DNA of 64,000 nucleotides, from the NCBI GenBank assembly GCA_900088475.1, contig FLMG01002472.1:1-64000 (forward strand), read 5' to 3'. Under the pieces are notes generated by a model. The model ran no database searches, was not told the DNA's origin, and saw only the letters and a list, made by a program, of their open reading frames with translations. Positions 60,801-64,000 of the stretch are shown piece by piece; within the stretch, counting starts at the first letter, position 1; each line of letters starts with the position of its first letter. Position numbers and translations under genes: made by a program. The stretch comes from Hyphochytrium catenoides. Lineage: Eukaryota > Protista > Hyphochytriomycota.

Positions 60801-62580
60801 ATCATAGCAAAGATTGGGCAGCGGTGGGCACAGAATGACTGCTTCAAAGTTAGGACTGCGTACTAGAAGTCCGCTGAGGTTGATCGAATAGGTAGCGCTA
60901 ACTCTCCTCCAATTCTTGGTCTCTGCGATCACTCAATGCAGCACAAACGCGAGATACATCACGCGATGCACAGCGTGCATATCCTCTCTTGAGAGAAAAC
61001 ACCTTGAGGCCCTGGCACAGGCCAGAGCGACGCGTCCGGAGGACATCTCCTCTGACGAGGAGGAGGAAGAGGTCGTGTTCGACCCTGTTGTTGTCGCTCG
61101 ATCATCTGCAGAGGGGAGGGTGATGTCCAAATGGCTAGGGGCCGCTAGAAAGAGACTAGGCGGTGCCTTTCCTCGGCCTACTGCGCAAAAGGAGATGGAG
61201 GCCTATGCCAAGAGGATGAGGGAGAAGAAGGCCGCAAGAGGAAGAAAGCGAGCAGTACGTCAACCTTATACTATTCCTATCGTTTTATCGTGACACTTTA
61301 TATGAGCCCTCTGGTTAGCTTTCCCCTAGAATTTTTATTGTTGGGCAATATTGTGAGCGACGTGTTCTCTTTCTCCATTCTCTAATCACTATTATTTTCT
61401 CTTCTTATTCCTGTAGCTGGCGGAAGAGAGAGATGAGCATCCAGAGTGGCAAGTGGAGCTTTCTTTTGCTTCCAAGGCCATTGCAGTCAAGTGGCTAAGA
61501 AAGGGAAGAGAGAGTCGTTTTACTGCCCTGAGAGAGAAAGGCAACAATTTGCGTCTCCAACTCGATGACTTGGTAAAGAAGATGCCTCCAGGCGAAGACT
61601 GGTTCTTTGGGGCAGAGGTCAGGTTGGAAGGAGAAGGCTTGCTGAAGAAGGGAGAAGAACTAAGGGAAGAGCAGGTGAGAAGTAGAGATAACTCAATGGA
61701 GATTGAATGTTGTCTGTCTATCTACCTTGGGAACTGACTACATCCTCTTATGCTTGGTAGCGCAACATTGAAGCTGAGGAGCGCGTGAAGATCAAAAAGG
61801 TGGAGGAAGACCTGAAGAAGCACCTTCTGGAAAAGAGAGAGGTAGTCCAGCCTTCTCTCCTCATTGTATCTCTATGACTATAGTGTTTCATCTTTCTTGA
61901 CGCCAAATGAATCCAGACTTACCATTTGTCACCGTCTTATGCCTTTCCCTAGGCCCTCGATGTCGAACAAGTCGGATTCGATCAGAAGCTCGCTGCAGAA
62001 TGGCAGAGCATGATGGAGAGAGTAGAGGCACGAGAAAGAGAGCTTCTGGATTTCAGAAGAGCCAAAGAATCTGAGTTTGCGGAACTAGAGAGGATTGCAA
62101 AAGAAAAGGACGGCGCTCCATCTTCGAAAATGATAGCAGAGCACCATAAAGCCCTCCAGGATCTGGACAAACAGCGAGAGGAAGAGAAGGCTCGCCTTAT
62201 CGCTAGCCAGGAGCAGAGCCACGCGGAATTAAGAACCGAGTTTGACAATAACTTGAACGCCGCAGAGACTGCTCTTATTAACCGTCAGGTCATGGCGGCT
62301 GAGAGGATTGAAAACATCCATAAGGATGCGCTCAACAAGATGCAAAGCAAGGAACAAGAGTGGCAGCAACAGGTAAGGTGACTGCATTCGATAGTGTGAT
62401 CGTTCAGAATACCACCACTTGATTGTCCTACGTTCGCTCATGAGTCTGACTACTTTATCCACACATTCTGTGCCCCTTCAGACCTCTGCCTGGATAGATA
62501 AGGCCGCCCGAAAGGTCTCGGTAAAGGAGAGGGAAGATGCAGAAGCTGCTCTCAATGAGAAGAAGAAGAGACGTGCATAA
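24805..62580 (+). CDS. Giant (~11,500 aa, estimate) cell-surface multipass protein: signal peptide, LamG/ConA-like domain, ~65 IPT/TIG domains, nested beta-rich repeats, GCC2/GCC3 Cys repeats, TM bundle, CxxC pair, coiled coil
   Basis: GCCACCATGG start with a hydrophobic signal. LamG motifs WSHLAVV..ILVNG, GEVDEFQLW, GYWSFDEG. Repeated P..GP..GGT.V.I.G..F...C.FG...C..P...VS.NG.DF, and CP.G.YCP repeats at ~51260-53600. The long ORFs are joined by short GT-AG introns (e.g. 24957-25031, 27143-27223, 31403-31463, 40754-40811), with one 14.9-kb exon (40812-55708). Many small 3' exons carry TM segments; final stop TAA at 62578-62580. Confidence 0.88.
60281..60459 (+). repeat. ~90-bp tandem duplication of an intron 3' end
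   Basis: Copies at 60281-60370 and 60371-60459 both end GTTCGTTGACCCATT.TCCCCCAAACTATAG. Confidence 0.92.
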
Positions 62581-62852
62581 GCTCTTTTCTACAATTTGCA
62601 GAATTATGATTATGATTGGCGGTGGCTGAGAAAAGCTAGGCCAATACCTCAATTATTTAATGGTGGTAACTGAGTTCTCTCAGATCCGCTAGGAAGAGAG
62701 GAAGCATCAGCTTTCTCTCGCCCTCATGTTACATGTGAAAGCAGAGTCTGGTCTCTCATTGGTGTCATATGTTCATTGTAGGTTGACATTTAACTTATTA
62801 ATTTTATATAAGATCTAGTGGATGGTCCGGACCGCCGGGAGCCTTTCGTCTT

Positions 62853-64000
62853 CTATTGATATCGAAAGAAAACCAAGTCCATAATATCTTCTAGCTCTGC
62901 CAAGGTCGATGGGCAGAAACAGATGACAGTCAAGAAGGCACTCTTTGCTATAGGAAATGGACCAAGTACGCTTGTATAGAGGATAGAGTAACGTCCGGAG
63001 TTGAGCATGATTATCAGACCGTGTGCTGAGGGTAGTCGTGTGGTGACGCCGAGAAAGCTTAAGAGCTGCCCAAATTGCGTGATCATTGAACGCAATGGAA
63101 ATGTAGCCGTGACATTGTGGCTGGAGGAGTAAAACAAGTACCGACCATGGTTTCAACGTTGCTATTCATTGACCTAGATGTTTGCATTACGGCCACCTAC
63201 CAGAGTGATAAGGACCTCTTTAACTAGGGATGCACACTTATTTCCTGAGGGCCATTTAAAAAGAGTATGGCGTAATCTACGGAAGGGGAAGTCAAGCTAC
63301 CCGCAGCGGGACCTGCTTTAGTCATCGTCCAACGACCGGATGCTTCATGGCTCGGTAGCAGCGAATGGGAAGTTGGAACGGTATGTTCGGTATGCTAGTT
63401 CTTCTCCGCCCACCAAGACCTCTCCTGTTCGCTCAACCATGTCTCCGTGTAACGTGCTCAGTCCGCCAGTGGTGCTTGACCATTAGCACCTAGACTTCGT
63501 CTTTAGCCTGGCAAATGAACAGGAAATATGGCGGGTGTGGAGGTGGACATTGGACGTCTTCGAGCTGGCCGTGCAGGAGGCGAATTACTAGGTTCTCGAG
63601 GAGGATCCAATGTCTCTTCTAACAGCTCCTCTGCCATGAAGAGCCATCGGAAGGTTACTAATCCTACCGGGCTAATTGAAGGTCTCAGATGCATTGCATG
63701 GTGAGATAGGAAATGGGTTGTTGCACAAAGAGACCCTAGTGAAAGAGGTACAGCGATCCACGTTTAGACTCAGCGCATTCGAGGTCATGTCTTTCCGGAG
63801 CCTCACTCCGCTGTCCTGGGTCTGTTGCTTAAAAGTACTTGTACGGCAACTCAATAACGTCCAAAACTTTTGAGTCTCTGCTCAATACCTCCATGCGGCG
63901 CTGAGGGGCCGGAGTTGGTAGGAGAACGCGGTATGGCGAGGAAGAATAAGCCAAAAGTTCATCATCTGCATGTATGGGAGGCACAAAGAGAGAGGCCGAG
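62853..64000 (-). CDS. Possible 3' part of an unidentified spliced gene
   Basis: Several minus-strand ORF pieces (62853-63137, 63503-63854) converge on the giant gene. No recognisable domain. Confidence 0.25.

Noticed and set aside
25086-61130. Numerous short antisense or alternate-frame ORFs within the giant gene
   Set aside because: Shadow ORFs of a long coding sequence, with no independent motifs.

Overview
Eukaryotic, intron-containing scaffold with N gaps. It is probably from a flagellated stramenopile-like protist; this is inferred from short GT-AG introns, TTAGGG repeats, a SHIPPO-repeat gene and an oomycete/alga-style giant IPT/TIG gene. About 0-13 kb is a nest of decayed mobile elements: at least four LTR families, Ty1/Copia gag, protease, RT and RNase H fragments, and a TA-flanked TIR element. 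About 15.8-24 kb holds a spliced long-chain acyl-CoA synthetase (-), an STPG/ODF3-like PGPGxY-repeat gene (+) and a tRNA-Thr(AGT)-like gene. 24.8-62.6 kb is one ~38-kb gene for a ~11,500-aa secreted, multipass membrane protein (LamG, dozens of IPT/TIG domains, nested beta-rich repeats, GCC2/GCC3 Cys repeats, TM bundle, coiled coil). The top candidate for a new system is a small LTR element (4960-5575, - strand). Its LTR carries a Pol III tRNA-like gene, and its primer-binding site is exactly complementary to the CCA-tailed 3' end of that same RNA, so the element may supply its own reverse-transcription primer. Also notable are a Copia gag split and half-inverted at a 5-bp duplication between inverted LTRs, and bracket-matched 'Russian-doll' domain nesting in the giant protein.
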